The notes beneath the pieces were generated by a model. It worked only from the letters and a program-made list of their open reading frames with translations, ran no database searches and had not been told where the DNA came from. From Mobula hypostoma (Eukaryota): a stretch of DNA of 64,000 nt. The first letter of the stretch is position 1, and the number at the start of each line of letters is the position of its first letter. The DNA is taken from positions 111,106,001 to 111,170,000 of the forward strand of contig NC_086097.1 of assembly GCF_963921235.1 (NCBI RefSeq), written 5' to 3'. The position numbers and the translations under genes are program-made. Shown one piece after another: positions 1 to 13,674 of this stretch.

Positions 1-217
1 GCCAATCAACTGTCCAGCTCTTGGCTCCATCCCTCCTCCTCCTGTCTTCTCCTATCATTTTGGATCTCCCCCTCCCCCTCCCACTTTCAAATCTCTTACT
101 CGCTCTTCTTTCAGTTAGTCCTGACGAAGGGTTTCGGCCTGAAACGTCGACTGTACCTCTTCCCAGAGATGCTGCTTGGCCTGTTGCGTTCACCAGCAAC
201 TTTGATGTGTGTTGCTT
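1..217 (+). mobile_element. Penelope-like element 3' repeat (runs off the window start)
   Basis: Near-identical to the tail that follows the RT/GIY-YIG ORF at 24085-24476. Confidence 0.9.
117..152 (+). ncRNA. Minimal type-I hammerhead ribozyme motif (Penelope-borne)
   Basis: AGTC CTGACGA AGGGTTTCGGCCT GAAA CGTC GACT. Stem I is AGTC/GACT, with the CUGANGA and GAAA boxes and a GUC cleavage triplet ending at 148. Confidence 0.8.
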
Positions 218-852
218 AGTAATAAACAGATCACACAAAGGAGAGCTGGTGGATGTGTTTACTTGGATTTTCGCAAGGCCACTGACATATGTCCCTCTGA
301 ACCTTGAGGCTGTGTCTCCTAGTTCCAGTCTCACCTACCATGGGGGGGGTTCCAGGCCTGGCTGCAAAAGGAGGTTGTTTAGGCATGAGAGTAGCAACCC
401 CATCCCATAAAAAAAACCAGTGTGACAGAAACATCAGAAGTTCCAAAGACCTCATCCCTCGCAGAGGAAGGATCTTCAAATATGGGCTATACCTTGAAAG
501 GCTGGCTTGGGACAAAGGACTCTGGTGAGTTGCTTTCAGCCTATGGCACAATAGGAGTGACGGGGTGGTGAAGAAGTGACTTTTATACCCTTGACTACCA
601 AAATTCCTAGAGTATTCAGTTTTTTGTATTCCTTTAGCTCTAAGAATACTTCAGCTTAAGAGCTGAAGGATTCTGCAATCGTTTCCAACAAGTGTTTTCT
701 GAACTTTGAATGGTTTGCATCAAATTTTAAGGTTCACAGTTCTCGACTAAATGCTAATTCCATCTAACCTTTTATTAAATGTTAAACACCTCAATTAAAT
801 TATACCTTAATTGCCTTTACTTAAAGGAATCCAAATTGATGCAAGTAGTTAC

Positions 853-927
853 CTCAACTTCATTAACAGCCATATAATTTTGATCAATCTTCGTTGTGCT
901 CCCATTGAAGTCAGTACCTTTCCTGCA
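853..927 (-). CDS. Possible further GOLGA4 exon (75 nt), CRKGTDFNGSTTKIDQNYMAVNEVE
   Basis: TTCTCTAG| acceptor, GAG|GTAACT donor, open phase 0/0, in non-repeat DNA. No convincing protein similarity. Confidence 0.3.
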
Positions 928-2026
928 CTAGAGAATCCAACACAAAATTCCAGATGGGACCTCCAACAATTAATGTTGATGTTTTTGGGGGAAGGGAGGG
1001 GGGTGAACGGTCAGTTAATAGCTCTCACATAGTGCAAACTCTGGGAAGTTTGCACAATGTACCAAACTTCAAGGTCCTTTCAGCCCATCAGTCCAATTAA
1101 ACACAACATATCTGAGGGGTCCTTGTGTAGCCCAGTGAAGCAACAATTTTCGTTATCCCAAAGTAGAGGCCGAGGGTAACAAGGGAGTTAGAATCCAGTT
1201 AATGCTACAAATTCAATTGACACAGCAACTCTATTTACCAAGTCTTGTTCAACGTCTTTCAAAGGGAAAAAATTCTGAGAAAGGATCCAGGACGGAAACA
1301 TTCGCAGTCTTCTTTCCATAGATACCACCTGACCTGCTGAGTATTTCCAGCAACGTCTGTTTTTGTATGAAACAGGATTTTCAAAATGACGTCTTAAAGA
1401 AATGCGGCTAATGTCGATAACTGCTAGGCTGAGGGGCAAGCTTCAGCACTCTAGCGTTCTATAAATAATTGTTAGCATTTACAATTACACTCCTTGACAG
1501 ACATTGTCAATTGGTTTCAATTTAATGTTACATCAGATGTGCTACAGTAAGGCAATGAAATAGTCATTTAATAGCTCAGTCTATCTAAGTTTAATAAAAT
1601 ACACAACATAACCAAGCTCAAGATGTTAACATTAAGTTAGTCTTTGCTTTGATGTATTAATTTATAAAACATGCATTTGTGGATATTATTCACGTCAGCT
1701 GGTATTCAAAAGCAATACCTGGTTAATATTCTACAGCAAACCATATATTGATTATTTAAGGGTTTCATTATTCTGTTGGAGGTAAGAGCTTACAATTCCC
1801 ATATTTGAAGTTCCCATTCTCCAAATCTGAACAGACACTTAAAGCACTATTTGAGTATGTTTGCAAAGTAGACATCAACAATACTTATTGAAACCCCTAG
1901 ATAAACTCAAGGTTCAGTACTAAATGCCTTGGAAAAAAAAATGCAAGCTTCAAGCAACATAATTTTCTCTTCCAAAATGCTTCTCCTACACTACCATGGC
2001 ATTGCTGGTAGGGTGGGAGGACTCAC

Positions 2027-2125
2027 CACATTGATATTCAGCGGTTTAAGCCGCTTGATGCTTTCCAGAGCAAAGATAGTGTACTCAGAGAGAAAAGCAG
2101 GCTCTGTTATCATCTCGGCCAACAG
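2027..2125 (-). CDS. GOLGA4: GOLGA4 99-nt exon (probably alternative), LLAEMITEPAFLSEYTIFALESIKRLKPLNINV
   Basis: Pyrimidine tract plus CAG| acceptor, GTG|GTGAGT donor, phase 0/0. The peptide matches the recalled LLAGMIAEPAFLSEYTIFALD segment of some vertebrate GOLGA4 isoforms. Confidence 0.85.
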
Positions 2126-2889
2126 CTGTCTCGTTCACAAACAGAAAGGGAAACAAAGAAATACTCAGGAAATTATGGAAATCTCAGTAATAAAATAACA
2201 ATGCGTTAGACCGTATGTTCCACACATTCTATTAGAATTTGGCTTTTCTAAAGATCCACTGAGTTGGACAAAAGAAAATCATTTTTGCACCAGTGACAAC
2301 ATGTTCTAGATTCCTGTTATAAACAAGTTACAACAATCTCCAGACATTGCAAAAGGACAATAAGGATTTGCAGCTGAAATAAGTAAAATAGTCAAGCACC
2401 TTCAAACCAAGTAACATCATGGACGTTGTTTAAAAGGGAGCAACAGCTAAAGCATCTTGATCTTTTACGTACAAAAGGAACTCTCATTCAAATAACTACC
2501 AAAGTTTCTCTTATTAAAACCACATCACCTGACTATTCCAGCGTTAACAGAAGCTTAATTCGCATGATATGCTTTATTTAAGCCCAAACTAAGCATGAGA
2601 AAATTTTCCACTTTTCAGGAATACTACTACTGTTCAAGTATAAACAGCAAAAAAGAAAAAGGAAAATATAAATATTAAATTCTTAACAGCCAAAACAAAC
2701 CAAGAGCAGAGAGGCACAAATATGCTTCAAATAAAAAAGCAAATTAGAAAAAGTCATCAGCCCAAATATTATACCAAGTTATATCCAGACACCTTTAAAC
2801 TTCATGACATACAGATCTAGCATGTTCAGGTCTTATTTTTGATTCACCATTAAACTGCAAACCCAGGGATTCTTTAGTAAAGTGGAAAC

Positions 2890-5170
2890 TCATAAGACCA
2901 TAAGACGTAGGAGCAGAATTATGCCACTTGACCCACGGAGTCTGTTCCACAATTTGATCATGGCTGATACATTCTCCCTCTTAACCCCATTCTCCTACCC
3001 TTTGATGCCCTTACTAATAAAGAACTTATCTTTGCCCATTCTCCCAATCTGTTCAAATCATTCTATAGACTACATTTCCTCAACACTACCGATATATATC
3101 ATCCGTAAACATGACAACAAAGCAATCAATTTCATCATCCAGATTATTAACATATATTGTAACATTAAAAGTAGTGCACCCGACATTGACCCCTGTGGAA
3201 CACCACTAGTCCAAAAAGGTTCCCTTTATTTCCACTCCTTGCCAATCAGCCAATGCTCTATCCATGCAAGTATTCTTCCTGTAATACCCTGGGCTATAAT
3301 TACCCTGTAATACCTTGTTTAGCAGCCTCCTGCACACCACGAAAATCCAAGTAAACAACATCCTATGATTCTTCTTTGTCTATCCCGTTTGTTACGTCTA
3401 CAAAGAATTCCAATCCTTAAGGAAGCCGAGCTGACTTAGACCCATTTTATCATGTGCCCCCAAATACCCTGAAATTACATCCTTAGCAATCAATGCCATC
3501 AACTTCCCAACCACTGAGGTCAGACTAACTGGCCTATAATTTCCTTTCTTCTGCCTCCCTCTCTTCTCAAAGAGTGGAGTGACATTTGCAAATTTCCATC
3601 ACTCTGGAACCATGTCAGAACCTACTGATTCTTGAAAGACCATTACTAGTGGCTCTACAATCTCTTCAGCTATCTCTTTTAGAAACCTGAGATGTAGTTC
3701 ATCAGGTTTCAGACCCTTCAGTTTCCCGAGCACCATCTCCCCAGTAATAGCAACTGCACTCACTTCTGCACCTTGACACCCTCGAACTTCCAGCATACTT
3801 CTATGGTGAAGATGAATGCTAAATACTCAGTTTGTTCACCACTTCCTTGTCCCCCTTCCTATCTCCCCAGTGTTATTTTTCAGCAGTCCAATATCTATTC
3901 TCCTCCCTTTACTCTTTATATATCTGAAAAAAACTTTTGGTATTATTTTTGATATTATTGCCTAGCTTACTTTTACAATTCATCTTCCCCTCCCATGTAT
4001 TTTTAGTTACCTTCTGTCTGGTTTTTAAAAATTTCCCAATCCTCTAACTTGCAAATAATTTTTGCTCTATTATATGCCCACTCTTCTGGTTTTATGTTGG
4101 TTTTGACGTCCCTTGTCGCCCACGACTGTGTCTTCCTGCCTTTAGAATACTTCCTCTTCCTTGGGATGTATCTACCCTGCACCTTCTGAAATGCTCCCAG
4201 AAACTTCAACCACTGCTGCTCTGCCATCTTCCCCACTAGTGTCTTCTTCTAATCAGCCTTGGCCAGCTCCTCTCTCATACCTAAATCCCCTTACTCCACA
4301 ACAATACTGATACATCTGACTTTAGCTTCTCCCTCTCAAATTGCAGGGTGAATTCCATCATGTTATGATCACCATTTTCCCAACGGTTCCATTGACTTAA
4401 GCTCCTGAACCATATCTGGTTTATTTCACAAAGTTGCTGTCTCCTCGTGGGCTCAAACACAACCTGCTCCAAAAAGCCATCTAAGAGGCATTCCACAAAC
4501 TCTTTCTCTTGAGATCCAGCATCAACTTGATTTTCCCAATCTACCTGCATATTGAAATTTTCCATGACTAATATAACATTGCCTTTTTGGCATGTTTCTT
4601 CTATCTCCCGTTGTAATTTGTAGACCATATCCTGGCTACTGTTTGGAGGCCTGTAATTAACTCCCATAAGGGTCTTCTTATCCTTACAGATTCTTAACTC
4701 TACCCATAAGGATTCCTCATCATCCAATCCTATGTCACCTTTTTCTAAGATTTGATTTCTATTTTACCAGCTGAGCCACTCCTCCTCCTCATCTGCCTAC
4801 CCGCAAGTCCTTCTAATAGATTGTATAGATTATGTATCATTGGTTACTAAGCTCCCAACTACAATTGTCTTTCAGCCACATCTCAATGATACCCACATCA
4901 AACCTGCCAGTCTCTAACACTACAAGATCATCTACTTCATCCACCTTATTTTGTATTGTGCATGCATTCAAATGTAACACCTTCAATCCTTTATTTGTCA
5001 TCCTTTTCAATTGTGTCCCCCCTTACACTGCAACTCATCAAACTGACTGAATTTTACCCCATCATCTGCCTGTCCTTCCTGACAGTCTCACTTTCCACCA
5101 CCTGTGCTTGCAAACCAAAATCCCAATCCTCAGCCCCAGCACTCCAGTCCCCAACCCCGTGCCCAATTCG
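2890..5170 (-). mobile_element. Degenerate CR1 LINE ORF2 (APE endonuclease to RT) with 3' tail
   Basis: ORF fragments ESLWVEL…YRPPNS…FNMQVDW and reverse-strand GVPQGS; 8-bp repeat tail CATAAGAC at ~2891. Confidence 0.85.
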
Positions 5171-5835
5171 AAGCACAAAGGGATTTGGGAGCCCTCATGC
5201 AGAATTTCCTAAAGGTTAGTTTGCAGATTGAGTCTATGGTGAGGAAGGCAAATGCAATGTCAGCAATAATTTCAAGAGGACTAGAATACAAGAGAGGCCT
5301 CACTTGGAGCACTGAGAGCAGTTTTGGGCCCTTTATTTTAAAAAGGATGTGCTGAAACTGGACAGGGTTCAAAGGAGGTTCACGAAAATGATTCCAGGAT
5401 TAGCATTTGTTGGCTCTGGACCTGTAGTCACTGGAATTCAGAAGAATGAGGGATCACCTAACTGAATCTTATCAAATGGTGAAAGGACTTGATAGAGTGG
5501 ATGTTTCCGATGGTGGGAATGTCTAAGACCAGAGGACACAGCCTCAGAATAGAGGGGCATCCTTTTAGAACAGAGATGAGGAGGAATGTCTTTAGCCAGA
5601 GAGCAGTGAATCTGTGGAATTCTTTGCCACAGGCAGCTGTGGAGGCCAAGTCTTTATGTATATTTAAGGCAGAGGTTGATAGATTCTTGATTGTTCAGAG
5701 CATGAAGGGATATGGGGAGAAGGCAGCAGATTGGGGCAGAAAGGAAAAATGGATCAGCCACAAAGAAGTGGCACAGCAGACTCGATGGGCTGATTAGCCT
5801 GATTCTGCTCCTGTAACTTATGGTCTTATGGTCTA
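5170..5835 (+). mobile_element. CR1 LINE 3' end
   Basis: KTRGHSL…FSQRAVNLWNSLP motif and a TTATGGTC repeat tail. Confidence 0.85.
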
Positions 5836-6299
5836 AACATCCAATGACTCTCGTCTAGCCTGTCTGTTATTTCCTCAAAGTATTCCAACACTTGGGCAAG
5901 GAAACCATGCTGACTTCAGCCTGTTTTAGCGTGAGCCTCCAAAGGGCCCGAAACCACTTCCTGCCAGCCAAGAGTTTTTTTTTCCAATGTATACACTTTA
6001 GTTTCTTCCTGGAGTTTAATTATCTCAGCTGAAATGTAATTTGAAAGTATACATCATAATAAGCATCTGAAATACTTTATTAGCAGTCAGCTCCAAGTTA
6101 AGATAAAAACATCATAGATACTTCCAAAGCAGTCATCGTTAAATGTACAAGATCCTGACGGTTCCTAACGGGGTGATCAGAGCTTCATTTGGGAGCATCT
6201 GGAACTTGGGGTCATACCTCTCACTTTATACTTGCAATGACACAGGAGGCTGCCATCCAATCCACTACCTTCCGTTCTCACCCTCCATTTTCTACCGTC

Positions 6300-8700
6300 A
6301 AGCCAACTGCATATCCAATTAGCCATACCTCCCGAATCCCATGCGACCTAAAGAAACCTTAAAGGCCTTCCTGAATTCCAACTGAATCACACCTACCTTC
6401 CTGCCCTCATCCACTTTCTTGGTCACCTCATCAAAAAACTCAATGAAGTTCATAAGACATGGTCTCCCTTGCACAAAGCCACACTGACTACTGCTAATCA
6501 GCCATCCTTCTTGATATACGCACATCTTGTTCCTCAGAATCGTCTGACCCTTCCCTCCTACATAGCCGCCCTCCATTTTTCAATCATCCATGTGTCTATG
6601 TAAGAGTTTCTTAAATGCTCCGAATGTATCTGCATCTACCACCACCCCTGGCAGGGTGTTCCACCACTCTGGATAAAGAACTTAACTCTGACATCCCCCC
6701 CCCCCACCATACTTTCCTCCAACTACCTTAAATCTATGCCCTCTTTCACATTATTTTTTTATTTTTATCCATTTCTGCCCTTGGAAAAAGTCTGGCTACC
6801 TATGCCTCTCATCTTGATCACCTTTATCAAGTCACTTCTCGGTCTTCTTCACTCCAAAGAGAAAAGCCCTAGCTCACTCAACCTACCTTCATAAGACAGT
6901 CTCTCTACAGGGCTGGCTGGTGGTGCAATGACATCGGCGCCAGACCCAGGAGCAGAGGTTCCCAAGATCAAAACCAGTCGGGTCCGCTCCCGAGTACGCT
7001 TTCCAACCGTGCCGGGTTGAATGTCGAGATCACAACTCGACCTCGTCAAATAAAGGGGAAAATACTGCGAAAATGTCTGTGTGAGGAGTGGCTCGCCACT
7101 CAGTCTCTCTCTCTCGCTCCGTGCCTTGTAAAAAGCCATGAAAAAGACATCATCACAGACTCGCACACACGCACAGACTCACACGCACGCAGGCACACGC
7201 CAAAAAAAAGACATTTCCTCTACTTCGGGCAGAATCGTGGTAAATCTTCTCTGCACCCTCTCTAAAGCTTTCACATTGTTTTATAACGGGGCAACCAGAA
7301 TTGAGCACACTATTCCAAGTGTGGTCTAACCACTGTTTTATCAAGCTACAACATTACTTCACAGCACTTGAACTCAATCCCCTTACTAATGAAGACCAAT
7401 AAACCATTTGCCTTTTTAACAATCCTATCAAGTTGCATGGCAACTTTAAGGGATCTATAGTCATGGTCTAAAAGATCCCTTTGTTCCTCTACACTGCCAA
7501 GAATCCCACCATTAACCCTGTATCCTGCCTTCAGAGTGGACCTTCCAAAATGAATCACTTCTGACTTTTCCGAGTTGACCTCAATCTTCCACTTTTCAGC
7601 ACAGTTCTGCATCTTGTCAAAGCCCCAATACACCTACAATAACCCTCCACACTATCCACAACTCTACTAACCTTTCTGTGAACACAAAACGTACAAACCC
7701 ACTCTTCCAATTCTACATCCAAGTCATTTATAAAACTCACAAAAGAGCAGGGATCCCAGAAGAGATCCCTGCAGAACAGTACTGGTCAGTGACCTCCAGG
7801 CAGAATACTCTCCATCTATACCACCCTTTGCCTTCCATGGGCTATGTTTCTCTGGATCCCATGACTCTTGACTTTCTGAATGACCCTACCACAGGAGTGA
7901 GGGCTTCCGTTGGTCAAAACTGAGCATGAATATGCATCCTAGCTGTCTAGATATGCAAGCCTGGGTAGTACAATATGGAAAACAGGCTGTTTGCCCATGT
8001 AGCAAGTTCTCCCTCTCCACGCATCTGATGAACCCAAAGGAATGGCAGAGACCAATACAGCTTGTATCAGCCACATCGCAGGAATTGCCAGTCAGCATTG
8101 AACTCTATGCAGGACTCCCCTAGACTTCAGCTCCGGATTTGTCCCCCTCACGGTTTACTCCTGAAGCCTTCCCCATGAGTGGGTATAGCCACAAGGCAGT
8201 GAAGGTTTGAGATCAGGGTTTTTCCTTTACCTAGGTGAGCTGCCAACCCCCATCTCCCCTCCCACCATGGGAAACTTTACTAAAATGCATATAAACACCA
8301 CTTCCACCTCGTGAGGCTTGACCTGCCCCTCATAAAGCCATATTGGGTATCCCTAACCTTAATCAGACCATGCTTCTCCAAATGCTTGTAAATCCTGCCT
8401 CTATGAATTCTCTCAAATAATTTACCCACCACTGAATTAAGACTCACTGGTCTACAATACCCAGCATTACCCTAACTCCCTTTCTTGAGCAAAGGAGTAA
8501 CATTTTCCACCCTCTAATCATCAGGTACTATTCTTGAGGCCAGTGAGGACACAAACATTATCCCCAAAGGCACAGCAATCTCATCCTCGCTTGCTGTTGT
8601 AACCTGGGGTATATCCCATCTGGCCCCTCATAATAGCCATTTCCACCTGGGAAAAAGTCTCTGGCTATCTATGTTGCCCATCATCTTGTACACCTCTGCA
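6300..8700 (-). mobile_element. Cluster of decayed CR1 RT fragments, interrupted by a SINE and an RTE-like piece
   Basis: Fragments QCGFVQGRPCL, AEKWKIEVNSEKSEVIHFGR and LGLFSLE. Confidence 0.75.
6909..7208 (+). mobile_element. tRNA-head SINE-like insertion with CA-rich / oligo-A tail
   Basis: A-box-like TGGTGCAATGA, weak B-box-like GATCAAAAC, oligo-A end. Flanked by an imperfect 15-bp duplication (6894-6908 / 7209-7223, 12/15) within a CR1. Confidence 0.6.
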
Positions 8701-9573
8701 AAACCACCACAGTACTGAAAAAAAGTCTTCATTTCAGACTTATCTATACTGTCAGGCTCCGTGCACTGATTTTTCAAGACCCAAATCAGTCCTACTCTTT
8801 ATATGGTTCTTCTTCTGCCTTTAATATACTGGAAAAATCACCTATGGATTAACTCAATCTACCGCTTTCCTTTATTTCATTTTTATGCATCCCCTATATT
8901 TTTTATGGTCTTGATGGGTTTCCAACCTACCCCCCCCACCTTTGGCTCTCTATAGCTCCCATATGGTTCCTTTATATCATTGTACCATATGCCTGTAGAT
9001 GACTCAAGTCCAAACAATGATCCAGGAAACAACTCCTCAGCCATGAAAAGGAGGCAGTTATGGAGGACCATATCAATGACCAAATGTAGCAGACATATAC
9101 TTCCGTAGTTAGGGGAAAAAATGTCTCGTCTCTTGAATATGACATAAAATAGTATGGTCCTTTCAGAACCTCCAACACATTGGCTTTGTGTTTATTGCTT
9201 AATGTCATTCTTCAGTAAACAAGTGTAAAGGAGAACAAAATGATTGCTACTCAGGATCCAACAAAACAGACACACAGTATAAAGAACAAAAAATATACAA
9301 ATCCAAAAACAATCTGTAAGAAACAATATACAAGTAACTGTTTGTGGTTGCTTAGTCTGATTGTACATACGTAAAGTGACAGCACTCAAGATCAGGACTG
9401 AACCCAGGATCCCTAAGCTATGAAGCAACAGTGCTATCATTCTGTGGAAGCACCATAGCAACAAATAAAAGCAGTCAAGCTGCATATTAAGTGGCTGCAA
9501 ACAGTTCAATGTTAAAATTAAATATAAAACATCAACACTGATGCATATTTTATCTTAAGAAATTTGGTCTTAC

Positions 9574-9672
9574 CTCCTTGTCACCTGGAGTGAAGGTGTC
9601 TTCATTAGACTGGCCTGACAAGGGTGAGTCATAGATCCTATTTCCTGCTGATGGAGTGGACCTTGGTGTTAT
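9574..9672 (-). CDS. GOLGA4: GOLGA4 exon 2 (99 nt, phase 0/0), ITPRSTPSAGNRIYDSPLSGQSNEDTFTPGDKE
   Basis: Acceptor GTTTTCCCTTAG|, donor GAG|GTAAGA and a perfect TACTAAC branch-point motif at 9720-9714. The frame is open and continues exon 1. Resembles the recalled mammalian exon 2 (…STPTR…EGTPNRE). Confidence 0.8.
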
Positions 9673-9957
9673 CTAAGGGAAAACAGACTATTTTTAAGTT
9701 TTTTTTTATAAAAGTTAGTAAATAGTCTTGCACTCGCAACTTCAGGATTTTTATTTTACTAATCTCAGAAATTATATTTGCAAGCCTCTTAAAATAAAGA
9801 GGCTGCAAAATGAAAGGATTACTGACTGACCGATTATATATAGAAAAGTGTCGTTCCTATAAACAATCGTAAACTCGGTGAAATTTTAAAATGTTAAATC
9901 AACAAATGAATCCAGTTTCAAATACACCTTTGACATCTTGCCCATATATTCATAGTA

Positions 9958-10545
9958 TAATGCCTATAAAAAGTATTCACTCCCTTTGGAAAATTTCATG
10001 TTTTATTGTTTTACAACACTGAATCACAGTGGATTTATTATGGATTTTTTGACACTGAATAACAGAAAAAGACTCTTTTGTGTCAAAGTGGAAACAGATC
10101 TCTGCAAGTGATCTAAATGAATTACAAACATAAAACACATGATAATTGATTGCCCAAGTATTTGCTCCCTTTAATATGACACACCAAATCATCACTGGTG
10201 CAGCCAATTGGTTTCAGAAGTCACCTAATTAGTTAAATGCAGATCACCTGCGTGCAGTCAAGGTGTTTCAATTATTGCAGTAAAAATACATATGTATCTG
10301 GAAGGTCCAACCACTGGTGAGTCTGGAGATGGATATAAGAAAATTTCTAAGTCACTGAATATCTGTTGGAGTAGTTAAGTCAATCATCAAGATATGGAAA
10401 GAATATGGCACAAAGCTATAAACCTGCCTCAAAACTGAGTGACCGTGCAAGAACAGGACTAGTGAGGGAGGCCACCAAGAGACCAAGGACAACTTCGAAG
10501 GAGTCACAAGCTTCAGTGGCTGAGATGTGAGAGAGTACACATAAA
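9958..10545 (+). mobile_element. Truncated Tc1 DNA transposon (same family as 52993-54628)
   Basis: TA followed by the TIR …GCCTATAAAAAGTATTCAC shared with the complete copy; remnant of the GYKKISKSLN N-terminus. Confidence 0.85.
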
Positions 10546-10929
10546 ATAGAGACAGGAAAGTTGTATCCACTGGTAGGTAAGAACTAGAGGACATGGCCTC
10601 ACGGTTCAGGGGTGTAGATCTAGAACGGAGATGAGAATGAACTGCTTTTCCCAGAGAGTGGTGAATCTGTGGAATTCTCTGCACAATGAAGCAGTGGAGG
10701 CTACCTCAGTAAATACATTTAAGACAAAGTTGGATAGATTTTTGCATAGTTGGGGAATTAAAGGTTATGGGGAAAAGGTAGGTAAGTGGAGATGAGTCCA
10801 TGGCCAGATCAGCCATGATCTTATTGAATAGCAGAGTGGGCTCGATGGCTCAGATGGCCTACTCCAGCTCCTATTTCTTATGTTCTAAGAAATTGAAGAG
10901 AACACTTGAGAGAAATCAGGAAGGCAAAA

Positions 10930-13247
10930 CGAGGACCCAAATTTGCTGTGCATAAAATATGGTCTGATCTTCATCTAAGTCTTCAATAACAGACAAACAC
11001 AATCTGCCTAAAATAACACACAAACAATCGTACTTCTTGTCAACATTGAGTACACTATTTAAACTATCACAGTCTAGGTTCAAAAAAGAATGTGAACCTC
11101 TGGGGTAATGCCTTCTACAAAAACTATTTGGAGTCAGGTGTTCCAATCAATCAGATGAGATTGGAGGTATGGGTTGTAGAGGTGCCCTGTCCTATAAAAA
11201 GACACATGAAGTCAGGTTACTGACAGACCCTGCTCTTTTCAAGAAAGATCTGTTTATGTGCACCATGCCTCAATCCAAACAACTTTCAGAGGACCTTAGA
11301 AGAAGAATTGAAGAAATGCATGGAACTGGAAAAGGCTACAAAAGTATTTCTAAAGACCTGAGTGTTCATCAGTCCACAGTAGGAGAAATTGTCTATAAAT
11401 GGAGGAAATCAGTACTGTTGCTAATCTCTCTAGGAGTGGCCGTTCTGCAAAGATCACACCAAGAGCACAACATGCAATGCTGAAGAAGATGAAAAAGAAA
11501 CTGGGGTAACAGCAAAAGACCTGCAGTAGTCTCTAGAACATGCTAGTCTCCAATCATATATCCACTATAAGAAAAACACTGAACAAGAATAGTACGCATA
11601 TAAGGACACCATGGAAGCGACAACTGCTCTCCAAAAATAAACATTGTTACACTTCTCAAGCTTGCAAAAGACCACCTGGATGTTCCACAACACTTCTAGG
11701 ACAATTTTCTGTAGGTAGATGAGACTATATTTGGAGGAAAAAGGGCACAGCACACCAACACCAAATCCTCATCCCAACTGTGAAGCATGGTGAAAGGCCC
11801 TCACACTTCCTCCCTCACTACCATTCAGAGCCCCAGAATTCCTTCCAGGTGAGGCAACACTTCACCTGTGAGTTGGCTGGGGTGATATACTGCGTCCGGT
11901 GCTCCCGATGCTACCTTCCGTATATTGGCAAGATCCAACACAGACTGGGAGATCGTTTCGTTGAACACCTACGCTCTGTCCGCCAGAGAAAGCAGGATCT
12001 CCCGGTGGCCACACATTTTAATTCCACATCCTATTCCCATTCTGATATGTTTATCCACGGCCTCCTCTACTGTAAAGATGAAGCTACACTCAGGTTAAAG
12101 GAACAACACCTTATATTCCATCTGGGTAGTCTCCAACCTGATGGCATGAACACTGACTTCTCAAACTTCCGCTAATGCCCCACCTCCCCCTCGTACCCCA
12201 TCCGTTATTTATTTATTTACACGCATTCTTTCTCTCACTCTCCTTTTTCTCCCTTTGTCCCACTGACTATACCCCTTGCCCATCCTCTGGGATTTCCCCC
12301 CTCCCCCTTTTCTTTCTCGCTAGGCCTCCTGTCCCATAATCCTCTCACATCCCTTTTGCCAATCAACTGTCCAGCTCCTGGCTCCATCTCTCCCCCTCCT
12401 GTCTTCTCCTATCATTTCGGATCTCCACCTCCCCCTTTCAAATCTCTTACTAGCTCTTCTTTCAGTTAGTCCTGACGAAGGGTCTCGGCCCAAAATGTCG
12501 ACTGTACCTCTTCCAAGAGATGCTGCCTGGCCTGCTGTGTTCACCAGCAACTTTGATGTGTGTTGCGTGAAAGGAGCATCATGGTTTCGACGCAAACAAC
12601 ATGGTTTCAAGTTGCTTTGCTGCCTCAGGGCCTGGATAGCTTGCAATCATTGAAGGATCAATGAATTCAAAATTGTATCAAGACATTTTACAGCAGAATG
12701 TCAAGGTAGTGGTCTATCACCTGAAGCTTAATAGAAGCTACAAGACAATGATCCAAAGCTCAAGAGTAAGTCAACAACAGAATGGTTTAAGAAGAAAATG
12801 TGTTCTGGAACAGCCAAGTCAGAGTCCACACCTTAACCCAATTGAGACGCTGTAGCATGACCTGAAAAGAGCTATTCATGCAAGATATCCCAGAAATGTT
12901 GATGAACTGAAACAGTTCAGTATGGAGGAATCGTTTAAAATGCCTCCTCACTGTTGTGCAAGTCTGGTCAGCAGCTACAGGCAATGTTTGGTGGAGGTTA
13001 TTGTTGCTAAAGGAGTTTCTATCAGTTATTAAATAGAAGGATTCACATAATTTTTCCAGCCTGGGCTGTCACTAATTAAATAATGTCTTCAATAAAGTCA
13101 TGAAAATTACAATTGTTTGTGTTATAGTTTAGACAGATTGGTTTGTCTATTATTGTGACTTAGATGAAGATCAGACTACATTTTATGAGTAATTAATGCA
13201 GAACACCAAATAATTGAAAAAGGTTCACTAACTTTTTCTTGAAACTG
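10930..13247 (+). mobile_element. Degenerate Tc1 transposon (second family), split by a Penelope insertion
   Basis: MPQSKQLSEDLRRRI…GYKSISKDL, TVKHG and PSQSPHLNPIE motifs; long inverted ends (~10940-11030 vs ~13110-13200). Confidence 0.85.
11798..12566 (+). mobile_element. 5'-truncated Penelope-like element (GIY-YIG end plus tail; hammerhead mutated GAAA>AAAA at 12468-12503)
   Basis: GVIYCVRCSRC…YIG…RF.EH motif; 8-bp TSD GTGAAAGG (11790-11797 / 12567-12574). Confidence 0.9.
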
Positions 13248-13674
13248 TTGGTATTTGGATAGATAGGACCTGATTAAGGATAGTCAACATGACTGTGTTT
13301 GGTTGGAGTTTTTCCCAAGGAGGTTACCATAAATGTTGGAGGAAAGGTGCTGGATGCTACCTACGTAGACTTTGGCAAGACCTCTGACAAAGTCCCACGT
13401 GGAAGGCTGATGCAGGCCTTCATTTGCCATTCAAAAAGCAGCAAATTAAATTCAACATTGGCTTAGCAAGAAAAGACAGTGATATTAGATGGTTGTGTTC
13501 TGGCCTCTAGAGGTGCTGTTCATTTTGTATGAACATCACTGTATATCAATCTGGTTTTCACGGCATAGTTATGGAACATTGTGTATATTGCACTGGTTAA
13601 CACCAATTGTGAAAATAATCAATGGTATTTGTATATTCAGGCACACAATAATCCTATATTGAATTTATTTCCTA

